This document shows, piece after piece, positions 7,060 to 15,585 of a stretch of DNA of 64,000 nucleotides. This stretch comes from a virus. Numbering within the stretch: the stretch's first letter is position 1; each line of letters opens with the position of its first letter. Both the position numbers and the translations under genes were made by a program. The notes under the pieces were generated by a model that saw nothing but the letters and a program-made list of their open reading frames with translations, made no database searches and was not told the origin of the DNA. The stretch lies in the IMG/VR virus record IMGVR_UViG_3300027872_000001; one strand, written 5' to 3'.

Positions 7060-7481
7060 TCCAAGCGAATTTTGTGAACGATCAACACATCACACCAGAC
7101 GACAGGGACCACGATATTCTGACCGCTCGTGTCTACCAGTGGGACAAAAGAGAAGGCGCAAGGGTAGGGGATTATATCGAGTTTGCCGATGGTGTCACAC
7201 ACCGATTCTCACACGATTGGGGTAAGGAGGAGGGGATGGGAATCCAGACCAGTCCCATCGGAGGTAGCTTCTACTTCGGTGACGGTTACCTGAGTTATTC
7301 GGGTGGACTGGAGCCTTGCATCCAACACGATCAACTGGAAGACACCGGAGAGCAGCGGTTAGGATCGGTCTGGTTCTTCCATCGTGATTACCACACGGCC
7401 CACAATGGAATCAATGCGGTGATCCCTTGCAGAGTGTTCAAGACTTCGGCCAATAGCGACCACTGGAAGGGAGGAGAATGA
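7056..7481 (+). CDS. hypothetical protein
   Basis: ORF 7020..7481 trimmed to the ATG at 7056 (MIQANF...). Confidence 0.6.
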   Translation: MIQANFVNDQHITPDDRDHDILTARVYQWDKREGARVGDYIEFADGVTHRFSHDWGKEEGMGIQTSPIGGSFYFGDGYLSYSGGLEPCIQHDQLEDTGEQRLGSVWFFHRDYHTAHNGINAVIPCRVFKTSANSDHWKGGE

Positions 7482-7831
7482 TGCACGTTATCCACCTACC
7501 AGCTAGTACCAAAACGGTGAGTGTCGGTCACTACGTCCAAGCCTGGAAGGATTGCAAGGCTGCACCAGTTGGCACGGCCTACAGTCACGGCCTATGTGGA
7601 TGGTCACCGACAACACGCGAGAGAATACTGCGCGAGTTTGAGGAAGGGATGCACGATAGGATCAACAGGAAGATCGAAGGCTATGGAGTCGGCAGGAAAT
7701 GGGACAGCGATTACCAGAGGGACATGGGACACGCTGCCAGGGCTGTGAATACTGCGCGTCTGATTGTTCGGTATGTCCCCATGGATCTTCGCAAACGGTT
7801 AGCACATCGGCTCTATAAGGAGGAAGAATAA
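7478..7831 (+). CDS. hypothetical protein
   Basis: ORF track, 117 aa. ATGA overlap. Confidence 0.6.
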   Translation: MMHVIHLPASTKTVSVGHYVQAWKDCKAAPVGTAYSHGLCGWSPTTRERILREFEEGMHDRINRKIEGYGVGRKWDSDYQRDMGHAARAVNTARLIVRYVPMDLRKRLAHRLYKEEE

Positions 7832-7847
7832 CCATAGCGTGGCAACA

Positions 7848-7885
7848 CCGCTTCGTGACTCCGTCGCGGGGGGGTGTGGCTGCAC
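7848..7885 (+). repeat. intergenic GC-rich hairpin element (copy 1 of 3)
   Basis: ccgcttcGTGACtccGTCGCGggggggtgtggctgcac. It follows a stop codon and precedes the next TIR. Confidence 0.7.
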
Positions 7886-7909
7886 TAAAGCAGTCAGGAA
7901 GGGGATAGG

Positions 7910-8107
7910 ATGAGACAATTAAGCAAACGCGAACAACGTCAACGTCAGGCTTGGATGAGTCGGTTCGATACTCTGATGACCGAGCGAAAACCAGAGACAG
8001 CGGGAAGGCAGGATTGGGACACCGCTCTGTTTTACTACCTCCAAGGTGTGACACCGCTAGAGGCAGTCGAGTTTATATGCCAACCAAAACCGGAAGGGAT
8101 CGAATAA
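7910..8107 (+). CDS. hypothetical protein
   Basis: ORF track, 65 aa. TIR is AGGAAGGGGATAGGATG. Confidence 0.6.
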   Translation: MRQLSKREQRQRQAWMSRFDTLMTERKPETAGRQDWDTALFYYLQGVTPLEAVEFICQPKPEGIE

Positions 8108-8940
8108 TGACACCGATAGTCGAAGTGAAGCTATGGAAGTATGACGCGATCATGGTCAACACGTCAGGCGGGAAGGATAGCCAGACCGCGTTGAGGGCTG
8201 TTGTCCAGTTGGCAAAGCGTCAAGGCTATCCCTTGTCACGCATCGAGGCAGCACACGCGGATCTTGATAAGGTCGAGTGGGAAGGCTGTCCAGAATTAGC
8301 CCGAGAACAAGCAGAGCATTATGGCGTGAGGTTTAGCGTGGTCAGGCGAAGAACCAAAGACGGTGATGAGAGTACGAATCTTCTGGACTACGTCAGACAG
8401 CGAGGAATGTGGCCTAGCAACACGGCACGATACTGCACCAGTGACTTTAAGAGAACGCCATGCAGCCGAGTGTTGACCGCGCTGGACAGGAAAGTACGCA
8501 GGGACAGGAGACACCACACCAAGATCCTGAACGTCTTTGGGTTCAGAGCGGAGGAATCACCAGCACGGAAGAAGAAGCCAGTCTTTGAGAGGAACAAGAC
8601 CGCGAGTACCAAGAGCCGCACGGTTTACAACTGGCTACCGATTCACAACTGGACGGAGGTCGAAGTCTGGGCAGATATCAAGGCTTCGGGAGTACGACAC
8701 CATCGAGCGTATGACATTGGAATGCCGAGGCTGTCTTGTTGCTTTTGCATCTTCGCGCCAAAGGCTGCCTTGGTGATCGCGGGGAAGGATAAGCCAGAGC
8801 TACTCCAAGAGTACGTCGATGTGGAAAGGGAGATCGGTCACACGTTCAGGGTTAACCTGTCACTGGCCGAAGTTCAAAGAGCAGTACAGGAAGATGAGCA
8901 GCCAGACTTAGTCGCGCTAGACGGAGCCTGGAACATGTAG
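8107..8940 (+). CDS. PAPS-reductase-family PP-loop protein
   Basis: ORF 7951..8940 trimmed to the ATG at 8107 (TAATG overlap). PP-loop is VNTSGGKDSQ, and the C-terminal Cys pair is LSCCFCIF. Confidence 0.75.
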   Translation: MTPIVEVKLWKYDAIMVNTSGGKDSQTALRAVVQLAKRQGYPLSRIEAAHADLDKVEWEGCPELAREQAEHYGVRFSVVRRRTKDGDESTNLLDYVRQRGMWPSNTARYCTSDFKRTPCSRVLTALDRKVRRDRRHHTKILNVFGFRAEESPARKKKPVFERNKTASTKSRTVYNWLPIHNWTEVEVWADIKASGVRHHRAYDIGMPRLSCCFCIFAPKAALVIAGKDKPELLQEYVDVEREIGHTFRVNLSLAEVQRAVQEDEQPDLVALDGAWNM

Positions 8941-8974
8941 GGAGGAGGATAACAATGTATCCGTGACGCAATAA

Positions 8975-9010
8975 CGCTCCGTGACTTGTCGCGGGGCGTG
9001 GTGGCTGCAC
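8975..9010 (+). repeat. intergenic GC-rich hairpin element (copy 2 of 3)
   Basis: cgctccGTGACttGTCGCGgggcgtggtggctgcac. A 3-codon mini-ORF (ATG TAT CCG TGA) with a strong SD lies just upstream at 8955. Confidence 0.7.
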
Positions 9011-9055
9011 GGAGTAGCCAAATGGCGGTAGACCGCCGGAAAGGATAGGGAAACC

Positions 9056-9259
9056 ATGGGAACATCAACACAGCTTCCCACACTGGACCAAGCGAGGATG
9101 GACACCGGCCAACTGGCCGAGGCTGTCTTGTTTCGTCCGGGTCAAGGCCAGGGAGTACCGTTTTATCGCGGTTACTGGTGTCACGAGTGTGGCTCCAACT
9201 TCAGGCCAGCAATCAAGGCGCAGCGAGTCTGCGTGTGTTGTGCAAGGACCGAAGTCTAG
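9056..9259 (+). CDS. small zinc-ribbon protein
   Basis: 67 aa with CHEC...CVCC. TIR is GGAAAGGATAGGGAAACCATG. Confidence 0.6.
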   Translation: MGTSTQLPTLDQARMDTGQLAEAVLFRPGQGQGVPFYRGYWCHECGSNFRPAIKAQRVCVCCARTEV

Positions 9260-9269
9260 CATGGCAGAA

Positions 9270-9311
9270 CCGCTCCCCGCGACTTCGTCGCGGGGGGTGT
9301 GTCGGCTGTAC
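9270..9311 (+). repeat. intergenic GC-rich hairpin element (copy 3 of 3)
   Basis: ccgctccCCGCGACttcGTCGCGGggggtgtgtcggctgtac. Confidence 0.7.
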
Positions 9312-9339
9312 TATCAGTCGGGAAAGAAAGGATAGGGAA

Positions 9340-9666
9340 ATGATTCACTACCAAAGAAAGTACCAAGTAAAGAAGTACCTCACCGTTGACGAGTTGACGG
9401 AGGCTCTGATTGAACGCACATGGACGGTGTCCAGTGGCTTCGAGTTGGAGGGTCTACTGTTTTTCAATGACGCGTTCAGTGAAGACGGAGCGCAGGAGTA
9501 CGCAGTCTACCGCGACGGCCAGCAGATCGAGAGCATTACATTCAGTTGGTGCAACTACGACAGAGCCAAGGAGATCATCTTGGAACTGGTCGAAGGTACG
9601 CTCGATACTGCTGATATGTTTACCGGCAGGATTCAACCACAGTTCACCATAGTGGGGAGCCTGTAA
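9340..9666 (+). CDS. hypothetical protein
   Basis: ORF 9178..9666 trimmed to the ATG at 9340, after GAAAGGATAGGGAA. Confidence 0.6.
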   Translation: MIHYQRKYQVKKYLTVDELTEALIERTWTVSSGFELEGLLFFNDAFSEDGAQEYAVYRDGQQIESITFSWCNYDRAKEIILELVEGTLDTADMFTGRIQPQFTIVGSL

Positions 9667-10130
9667 TGACGAAGGGGAAAGCCTACTCAATCAAGGAAGT
9701 GTTTCTCACCGTCAGGGATAAGCCAGTGGTTCCCGTCGTCTTGGGGAAGTTCAAGGCAAAGGTGGTCAATAGTCAGGAAGTCTTTAGAGCATTTGTCTCC
9801 CTGAATGAGCGGGACGTTGAGCAGTTCATAGCTCTCCACCTGGATACGGGTAACTCTGTACGCTCGATTCATGTGGTGTCCAGTGGCATTGTCAATGCTG
9901 CCTTGGTTCATTGTCGGGAAGTATTCCGCGCGGCAATCGTCAACGGAGCCACTAAGATCATCGTGCTACACAATCACCCGAGCGGATCCCCATCACCGAG
10001 CGAAGAAGACGTGAGCATCACGGAGAAGCTCGTAAAGGCGGGAAAGATCATCGGTATCCCTGTGCTGGATCACATCATAGTGGGTGGTTCAACCTACTAC
10101 AGTTTTGCTGACAAAGGGAGGATGGGATAG
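9666..10130 (+). CDS. radC: RadC-like JAB/MPN domain protein
   Basis: VLHNHPSGSPSPSEEDVSITEKL...IPVLDHIIVG matches the JAMM-like HxHPSG...S..D signature of the RadC family. Confidence 0.85.
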   Translation: MTKGKAYSIKEVFLTVRDKPVVPVVLGKFKAKVVNSQEVFRAFVSLNERDVEQFIALHLDTGNSVRSIHVVSSGIVNAALVHCREVFRAAIVNGATKIIVLHNHPSGSPSPSEEDVSITEKLVKAGKIIGIPVLDHIIVGGSTYYSFADKGRMG

Positions 10131-10366
10131 TGGCATACAACAAGAAGAAAGCCTACAAGCTGAGTGACGCGGAGAAACAGATGGCAAGCGGGTATGTTGG
10201 ATGCCCTATCAAGCGAACGCGGATTCAGGTCGCGTTATGCGGAAAGATGCAAGCCGAGTGCCGAAAGAAGTGTGAGCAGATGAACATGGGGAATGGTTGC
10301 CAACACCTTGATTACACCGAGGCAACGGACGCATGGACCGAGTATCAACGAGCGAAACAGGGCTAA
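10130..10366 (+). CDS. hypothetical Cys-containing protein
   Basis: ORF track, 78 aa. GTG start after AAAGGGAGGATGGGATA. Confidence 0.5.
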   Translation: MAYNKKKAYKLSDAEKQMASGYVGCPIKRTRIQVALCGKMQAECRKKCEQMNMGNGCQHLDYTEATDAWTEYQRAKQG

Positions 10367-10376
10367 AAGTGTGTGT

Positions 10377-10396
10377 ATGGTCATACGATCATGGTA
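10377..10396 (+). repeat. 20-nt repeat ATGGTCATACGATCATGGTA (copy 2), followed by TACACT
   Basis: Identical to 5962..5981. Lies about 28 nt upstream of the ATG at 10424. Confidence 0.85.
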
Positions 10397-10423
10397 CACT
10401 AACAGAAAAGGAGGATAGGGAAT

Positions 10424-10684
10424 ATGCCGAAGGCTACGTTTGAGATCCAAAAGCAACCCAAACCCACAAAGGAAATGCCCTGGACGTTTTCGATTCTGGA
10501 GGAGAACGACGAGGGTGACCCCAACCCTGACACATGGGTGGTCGCCAAAGATGAGGGTGAGTACATTCACGGTATCTGCACCGAGAGGGGCTTGGAACAT
10601 GCCCACGATTGGGCCATGTGGAACTACGGTTACACCGGCTTCCGAGCGCACCTTCCGGGGGAGCCTTGGGAGCCAGTATTTTGA
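10424..10684 (+). CDS. hypothetical protein
   Basis: ORF track, 86 aa. TIR is AAAAGGAGGATAGGGAATATG. Confidence 0.65.
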   Translation: MPKATFEIQKQPKPTKEMPWTFSILEENDEGDPNPDTWVVAKDEGEYIHGICTERGLEHAHDWAMWNYGYTGFRAHLPGEPWEPVF

Positions 10685-10794
10685 AAGGAGGTAAGCAATA
10701 GCGAAAAGGCCAGGGGTAACCTTGGTCTTTGCTCCGTGAGTCAACCTAGTCGGAGCCTGACGAGCATGGTTGAGGAAAAAAAGGAGGATAGGAA

Positions 10795-11499
10795 ATGGGT
10801 AAAGCAAAGGCCGTAACAGCGGAAGCATTGTTCAATGCTCCCGAGATCCAAACCGCACCGAAGCCGAAGAAGGGCAAAAGCACAAACAGACTGGTGGTTC
10901 CCTTCATTGACTTCGACCTTGTCGCTGCACTTGGCATAGTTGAGAAGGCGATCAAGTCTGTATCGGTGCAGATGAAAGACGCGATCAAGGAACTGGCTAC
11001 GGATGAGTTCGTAACGCAGATCCTTGCGACAGGGACCAAGCCTGACAGCTTCACCGCGAGGGGTGACCATGCTACGGGTCTGGTAAGTCTGCGTAAACGT
11101 GGAAGCAACACCAGACTGGACGAGGAAACCGCGCTCAAGCTGATCGAGAAGGGCATCCATGTTGACGAGATCGAAGCAGTACCGGAGCGTTTGGTTATCA
11201 ACCCTGAAATTCTGAAGGACCAGAAGATCATCGGAGCGGTAGCCGAAGCAATCCAGAACCACCCGAAGCTGAAAGGCGTGACGGTGGTAATGAAGCAGAC
11301 CGCCGAGAAGCACTACGCGGTGAGTGAGCAGACGCTCCCACAGTTGGCACACGCAGCAGAGAAGGAAGACGAGTTGCGTGAAGTGTTGGGCAAGCTGGCC
11401 GTGATAAGTGTTGGCCGGTTCGTGCTGGAAGACTGCAAGGACAGCGGAGAGCAGAAAAAGAAGGCTCTCAAGATTCTGTTTGACGCGGAGATCCTGTAA
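10795..11499 (+). CDS. hypothetical protein (234 aa)
   Basis: ORF track. TIR is AAAAAGGAGGATAGGAAATG. Confidence 0.7.
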   Translation: MGKAKAVTAEALFNAPEIQTAPKPKKGKSTNRLVVPFIDFDLVAALGIVEKAIKSVSVQMKDAIKELATDEFVTQILATGTKPDSFTARGDHATGLVSLRKRGSNTRLDEETALKLIEKGIHVDEIEAVPERLVINPEILKDQKIIGAVAEAIQNHPKLKGVTVVMKQTAEKHYAVSEQTLPQLAHAAEKEDELREVLGKLAVISVGRFVLEDCKDSGEQKKKALKILFDAEIL

Positions 11500-11502
11500 G
11501 GC

Positions 11503-12129
11503 ATGAGCTTCAGCGAGTGGCGGTATCTATTCCCCCCCCGGCCAGAGTCGGCGGTGACGTGCGACTTGATACGCATGTATCAACGGCGGGGGTGGGTTGG
11601 TCAGTTCAAGAAGAACGGGACCTGTGCTGTTATTGGCATCGGTCCCGAGCAGACCTTCCAGTGGTTCAACAGACACCAAGACACGCTGAAGTGGGAGCCT
11701 CCACCAGACACGGTCCAGTTGCTTTGGGAAATGTTCGGAAGCAAGGCATGGACCGTGTTGATAGGGGAGTTAATCCATTCCAAGGTGAAGGACATTAGGA
11801 ACCGGCTGTACCTCTTTGATTACGTTGTGTTGGAGGGTCACTACGCCCTTGGTTCGACGTTTACGGAGCGTCAGAGCGTGTTGTATGAGCGGGTTGAGCC
11901 GTTTATTGCAGCCGAATCGAAGTCACACTACTTGGCTTCGCGGAATGTCTGGTTAGCCAGGACGATCAAGAAGGAACTTACGAGCGTGTTTCATGCGATC
12001 ACCAGTCCAGAGGACGAAGGGCTAGTGTTGAAAGATCCATGGGGCAAGCTGCGCGATTGCGAGCGGGAGAATACCAACGGCCATTGGCAAGTGAAGGTAA
12101 GACACCCGAGAACCAACTTTGCATTTTAG
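11503..12129 (+). CDS. minimal ATP-dependent DNA/RNA ligase-like nucleotidyltransferase
   Basis: Motif I-like FKKNGT (KxNG), motif III-like LYLFDYVVLEG, and motif IV/V-like DEGLVLKD. At 208 aa it has no OB domain. Confidence 0.55.
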   Translation: MSFSEWRYLFPPRPESAVTCDLIRMYQRRGWVGQFKKNGTCAVIGIGPEQTFQWFNRHQDTLKWEPPPDTVQLLWEMFGSKAWTVLIGELIHSKVKDIRNRLYLFDYVVLEGHYALGSTFTERQSVLYERVEPFIAAESKSHYLASRNVWLARTIKKELTSVFHAITSPEDEGLVLKDPWGKLRDCERENTNGHWQVKVRHPRTNFAF

Positions 12130-12140
12130 GAGGATAGGGA

Positions 12141-12479
12141 ATGATTTTAGAACCAGATGAAAAGAGTGTGCTAGAGGACTTGCGACACGACACAGCGTTG
12201 CAGGATATGGCACGTTTCGCGGGTGAGGAAGGAAGCGAGTACGTTGACCATTGGGTGAGCTACTACGCTTGCCAGTACACCGACGCAATCGGCATCAAAG
12301 ATGCCAGGGTGTACGAGATCCTGAACGCGATCTTGGCCGACGATTACTTTGAGTTTGAGGGAGAGGACCCAGAGCCAGCAGCCTGGGATAATCCCAACAA
12401 CACCTTTGAGGAGAACAAGCGCGAGTATCTGTTGAGCTACGGACCTGACACCTACTTTGAAGCAGGATTGGAGGACTGA
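12141..12479 (+). CDS. hypothetical acidic protein
   Basis: ORF track, 112 aa. TIR is TAGGAGGATAGGGAATG. Confidence 0.65.
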   Translation: MILEPDEKSVLEDLRHDTALQDMARFAGEEGSEYVDHWVSYYACQYTDAIGIKDARVYEILNAILADDYFEFEGEDPEPAAWDNPNNTFEENKREYLLSYGPDTYFEAGLED

Positions 12480-12712
12480 TGAAGGTTCACGTTGTAATGA
12501 TTCACCACAAACACGGAATCAACCTATCGGCTCACGACACGGCCAAGGGAGCAGAGGAAGAAGTGGGCCGGTATGTTGCCGACGAATGGAGTGCGGAGAT
12601 CGAACCCAAGGAGCCGTACCCCGAAGACAATCAAGTGGAAGCCTACTTTGAGAAAGTGGAGTCGGAGTATTACGAGATCGAGGAATTAACCATCCAAGCG
12701 GAGGGGCAATGA
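12479..12712 (+). CDS. hypothetical protein
   Basis: ORF track, 77 aa. TGATG overlap. Confidence 0.6.
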   Translation: MKVHVVMIHHKHGINLSAHDTAKGAEEEVGRYVADEWSAEIEPKEPYPEDNQVEAYFEKVESEYYEIEELTIQAEGQ

Positions 12713-12996
12713 AACACAGACTTGAGTTTTACGAGTGCGAACACAGCGGTGACGAGCAAGGGTATGTCGATAACCTCAACGATCATCCTATGATCCAGAC
12801 CGTCACGGTAGTCCAACGGCCTTACAACATGGAGTACGGCGAGGAAGTCGTGATTATCGAGGTCGAATCAGACCTGACTCACAATGAAATCCACGACATA
12901 GGGTGGGGGGTTGAAGACGAACCGCCGTACGCGCACCAGTCACCAGGGATAGTCCGAGAAGATATGGCCGACAAACTAGGAAAGGAGAAAGAGTAA
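12709..12996 (+). CDS. hypothetical protein
   Basis: ORF track, 95 aa. ATGA overlap. Confidence 0.6.
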   Translation: MKHRLEFYECEHSGDEQGYVDNLNDHPMIQTVTVVQRPYNMEYGEEVVIIEVESDLTHNEIHDIGWGVEDEPPYAHQSPGIVREDMADKLGKEKE

Positions 12997-13358
12997 TGCC
13001 TTACATTTATGAATGGGTAGAGCCTGACTTGTTCTTGGAACACAAGGGAGTGGAGGTCTACCACAGCTACAGAAACGACGACTACGGTAACGGACCTTGG
13101 GAGTATTGGTTTCAGGTCCAGTTGACTGACGACACCGAGGGAACCACAGAAGACGATATGCGCGAGTTTGACGTGCGGGACCTGGATGCCTGGAAGGTTA
13201 TTTCCCGGCGTTGCCGTGTCGAGCCAAAGGAAGCTATTCGGAAAGCCTTAGACAAAGGCGGGAGACAGGAGCTTCTGAAACCCGTACCAAACCGTTGCCG
13301 ATTTTGCAGGGAAATCCCTGAAGATTGCGAGTGTGCAGCAGGAAGGATGGCGAAATGA
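12996..13358 (+). CDS. hypothetical protein
   Basis: ORF track, 120 aa. TAATG overlap. Confidence 0.6.
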   Translation: MPYIYEWVEPDLFLEHKGVEVYHSYRNDDYGNGPWEYWFQVQLTDDTEGTTEDDMREFDVRDLDAWKVISRRCRVEPKEAIRKALDKGGRQELLKPVPNRCRFCREIPEDCECAAGRMAK

Positions 13359-13822
13359 AAGAACACTTTGAGTGCGACAACTGCGCCAAGCAGTTCACCG
13401 AGGACCAGTGCAACGAGGCCAAGGATATTCTCATGCGTATGGAGCGCGGGAGTATCTTCACGGACCTGGAGTGTCCAGAGTGCGGAGCCTTGTGCTATTC
13501 GGTTGGAGAGAAGGCCGAGCCAGACGAGCCAATGACAGCGAAGCGGTGGGATTCAATGACACCAGTAGAGCGCGAGGACTTCGTTGACGAATCAGGACTG
13601 GACGAAAGGTTCACGCGCTACTACCTGTCAGGGGAGCGCGTCGAAGTCACCGAAGAAGACGGAAACAAGAAGCGATTCTATGTGGGGAAGTCTACGGGTT
13701 GGAAGCCGATCTACCTGGAGATACTCCGCAGGGATTCAAGCGGAGGCGCGGGGATCCTCTCCAGTTGGGTTACCAGTATCAGGGGGGTTGGGGTCTACGA
13801 CGACAGGAGGCGAAGACTATGA
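13355..13822 (+). CDS. hypothetical zinc-ribbon protein
   Basis: ORF 13325..13822 trimmed to the ATG at 13355 (ATGA overlap). CDNC...CPEC. Confidence 0.6.
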   Translation: MKEHFECDNCAKQFTEDQCNEAKDILMRMERGSIFTDLECPECGALCYSVGEKAEPDEPMTAKRWDSMTPVEREDFVDESGLDERFTRYYLSGERVEVTEEDGNKKRFYVGKSTGWKPIYLEILRRDSSGGAGILSSWVTSIRGVGVYDDRRRRL

Positions 13823-14016
13823 TGAGGCAATCGCTAATCACCCAAGGCAAAATCTCCAAGCTGCAAACGGCCTTGTCCAGAAAGATGGAAGGCAACGGAG
13901 AGGACATTGATACGGAGATCCTTGAGGCCATGAGGGAGCTACACCGATACATTCAGTTGGTGGAACACAAGCTGGATGAAGTAGAGGTCCAAGCGAACCG
14001 GCGACGATTTTATTAA
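13819..14016 (+). CDS. hypothetical protein
   Basis: ORF 13699..14016 trimmed to the ATG at 13819 (ATGA overlap). Confidence 0.5.
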   Translation: MMRQSLITQGKISKLQTALSRKMEGNGEDIDTEILEAMRELHRYIQLVEHKLDEVEVQANRRRFY

Positions 14017-14032
14017 CCAGAAAGGAGGACGA

Positions 14033-14449
14033 ATGAAAGACCTGTATTTGATCTACGTCAGGCAGTCTGACGACAACCGAAGGGGTTTTGCTGGTGAGGT
14101 TCGGGCCAACTCCAAGCAAGAAGCGTTCCTGAAGGCCAGGGATGATCTTGGGGTGACCGCTCCAACGAAGCAAGTGGACGTTGTGCGGGGAGTCCCGCAG
14201 GTCGAACACCAGCTTGACGACAATTTTGCCAGGACGAAAGAAGAACTGGTTGTGCGGGGACTTCTTGAGACAGAGCTATACCAATGGGACGACGACAGCC
14301 TTGATACGTTGGTTCACGAGTTGGCATTGACGCAGATATCAGAAATCAACACCAGAGGGAAGGTAGCGCAGGTTGAGTACGTCATAAGAAGACTGCGCGG
14401 GACACGGACAGAGGTCGAGATTCTCAAGATGAGAAGGGAGGCATCGTGA
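14033..14449 (+). CDS. hypothetical protein
   Basis: ORF track, 138 aa. SD GAAAGGAGGACGA precedes the ATG. Confidence 0.65.
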   Translation: MKDLYLIYVRQSDDNRRGFAGEVRANSKQEAFLKARDDLGVTAPTKQVDVVRGVPQVEHQLDDNFARTKEELVVRGLLETELYQWDDDSLDTLVHELALTQISEINTRGKVAQVEYVIRRLRGTRTEVEILKMRREAS

Positions 14450-14565
14450 GCGAATTGCAAGTTTTCGTGTGGGCTGCGCTCATACAGTTCGTTGTCCTCG
14501 TTGAAGTGGCGGTGATTGTCAGTGTGGCGAGATTCGCCTGGATAGGAGGGTTCAATGACTTTTGA
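14446..14565 (+). CDS. small hydrophobic peptide (39 aa)
   Basis: GTG at 14446 (GTGA overlap). Reads SELQVFVWAALIQFVVLVEVAVIVSVARFAWIGGFNDF. Below the ORF-track length cutoff. Confidence 0.3.
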   Translation: MSELQVFVWAALIQFVVLVEVAVIVSVARFAWIGGFNDF

Positions 14566-15049
14566 AGGAATGTTTGAACAGGCCAAAGAGCGGTTACTGC
14601 CTCATCTTGGTCACAACATCGAGATAGGAAATTACGGGACCGAGAAGTTCCCAATAAACATCGCCATCGAGTGTATGGATTGCAATGAGGTTTTGATCGA
14701 CTTCACCGATGAGCCAAAGAAAGGCGACGAGGCTGCCCAAGATCCGCAGCGGCCAACGGAGTCTGAGGTACGACTGCTTGCCTATGCGTACACAGACAGT
14801 TCTTTGGTCGCAGAAGACTCTGAGGATCGTGAACAAGCGATTGAAGATGAGGTCCAAGGGCCGGGGGGTGGACTGGAACAGGTGCAATCGGCCTATATCG
14901 CGGTGTTTCGGAACTACATCACTGGTGGGCCAGGATACATGGGAGCGGTCTACGCGATTGTTTGGGACGGTGCGCCAGAGTTCGTGTCGGTTGCCTATTG
15001 GGAGAAGGAGCCGAAGCGACTCAAGATGATTCACTACGGCGACGTGTGA
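14555..15049 (+). CDS. hypothetical protein
   Basis: ORF track, 164 aa. SD GGATAGGAGGGTTCA precedes the ATG. Confidence 0.65.
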   Translation: MTFEGMFEQAKERLLPHLGHNIEIGNYGTEKFPINIAIECMDCNEVLIDFTDEPKKGDEAAQDPQRPTESEVRLLAYAYTDSSLVAEDSEDREQAIEDEVQGPGGGLEQVQSAYIAVFRNYITGGPGYMGAVYAIVWDGAPEFVSVAYWEKEPKRLKMIHYGDV

Positions 15050-15079
15050 GAACAGGATAGGGGGAAGAAAGGATGGGGA

Positions 15080-15307
15080 ATGAACAACGTAGGTAAATGG
15101 GTATCGGTAAACGGTTCGATTGAACTGCCTTATGAAAGCGACTTCGTGTTGGTGAAGGCTGCGTTCATAGGGGAAGACGGTTGCACGGTCAAGAGTCTAG
15201 GAGGACGGTACTACTTCGTGAGAAAGGGCCGCTTCGCAGACTTCCCAGGTCCAAAGTTCGTGATTGACGCAACGAAGGATACGTTTCTTAAAAAGGGGGG
15301 ACTATGA
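15080..15307 (+). CDS. hypothetical protein
   Basis: ORF track, 75 aa. TIR is GAAAGGATGGGGAATG. Confidence 0.6.
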   Translation: MNNVGKWVSVNGSIELPYESDFVLVKAAFIGEDGCTVKSLGGRYYFVRKGRFADFPGPKFVIDATKDTFLKKGGL

Positions 15308-15585
15308 AGCACAACGTCCACTTTTATGTGACGGTCAGGGTTGTGGTTGAGGACGTGGAAGCTGACTCGCAGCGGGAAGCTATTGACGAGGCTGAAAAGA
15401 TCCTACTGCCCAAGCTCAATCACGGAATGTTGGACAATTATTCTGGTCACCCAACGGAGTACGCCGACGAGGTCATCGGCTATCTGGTGGACGAGCAAGG
15501 CGACGAGGAGTATCTCCAGACCAGGGCTTATGACCAGAACAAAAACCCAGGGAAACTATCGCCCACAACCGGGCAACCGATATGA
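15304..15585 (+). CDS. hypothetical protein
   Basis: ORF track, 93 aa. ATGA overlap. Confidence 0.6.
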   Translation: MKHNVHFYVTVRVVVEDVEADSQREAIDEAEKILLPKLNHGMLDNYSGHPTEYADEVIGYLVDEQGDEEYLQTRAYDQNKNPGKLSPTTGQPI

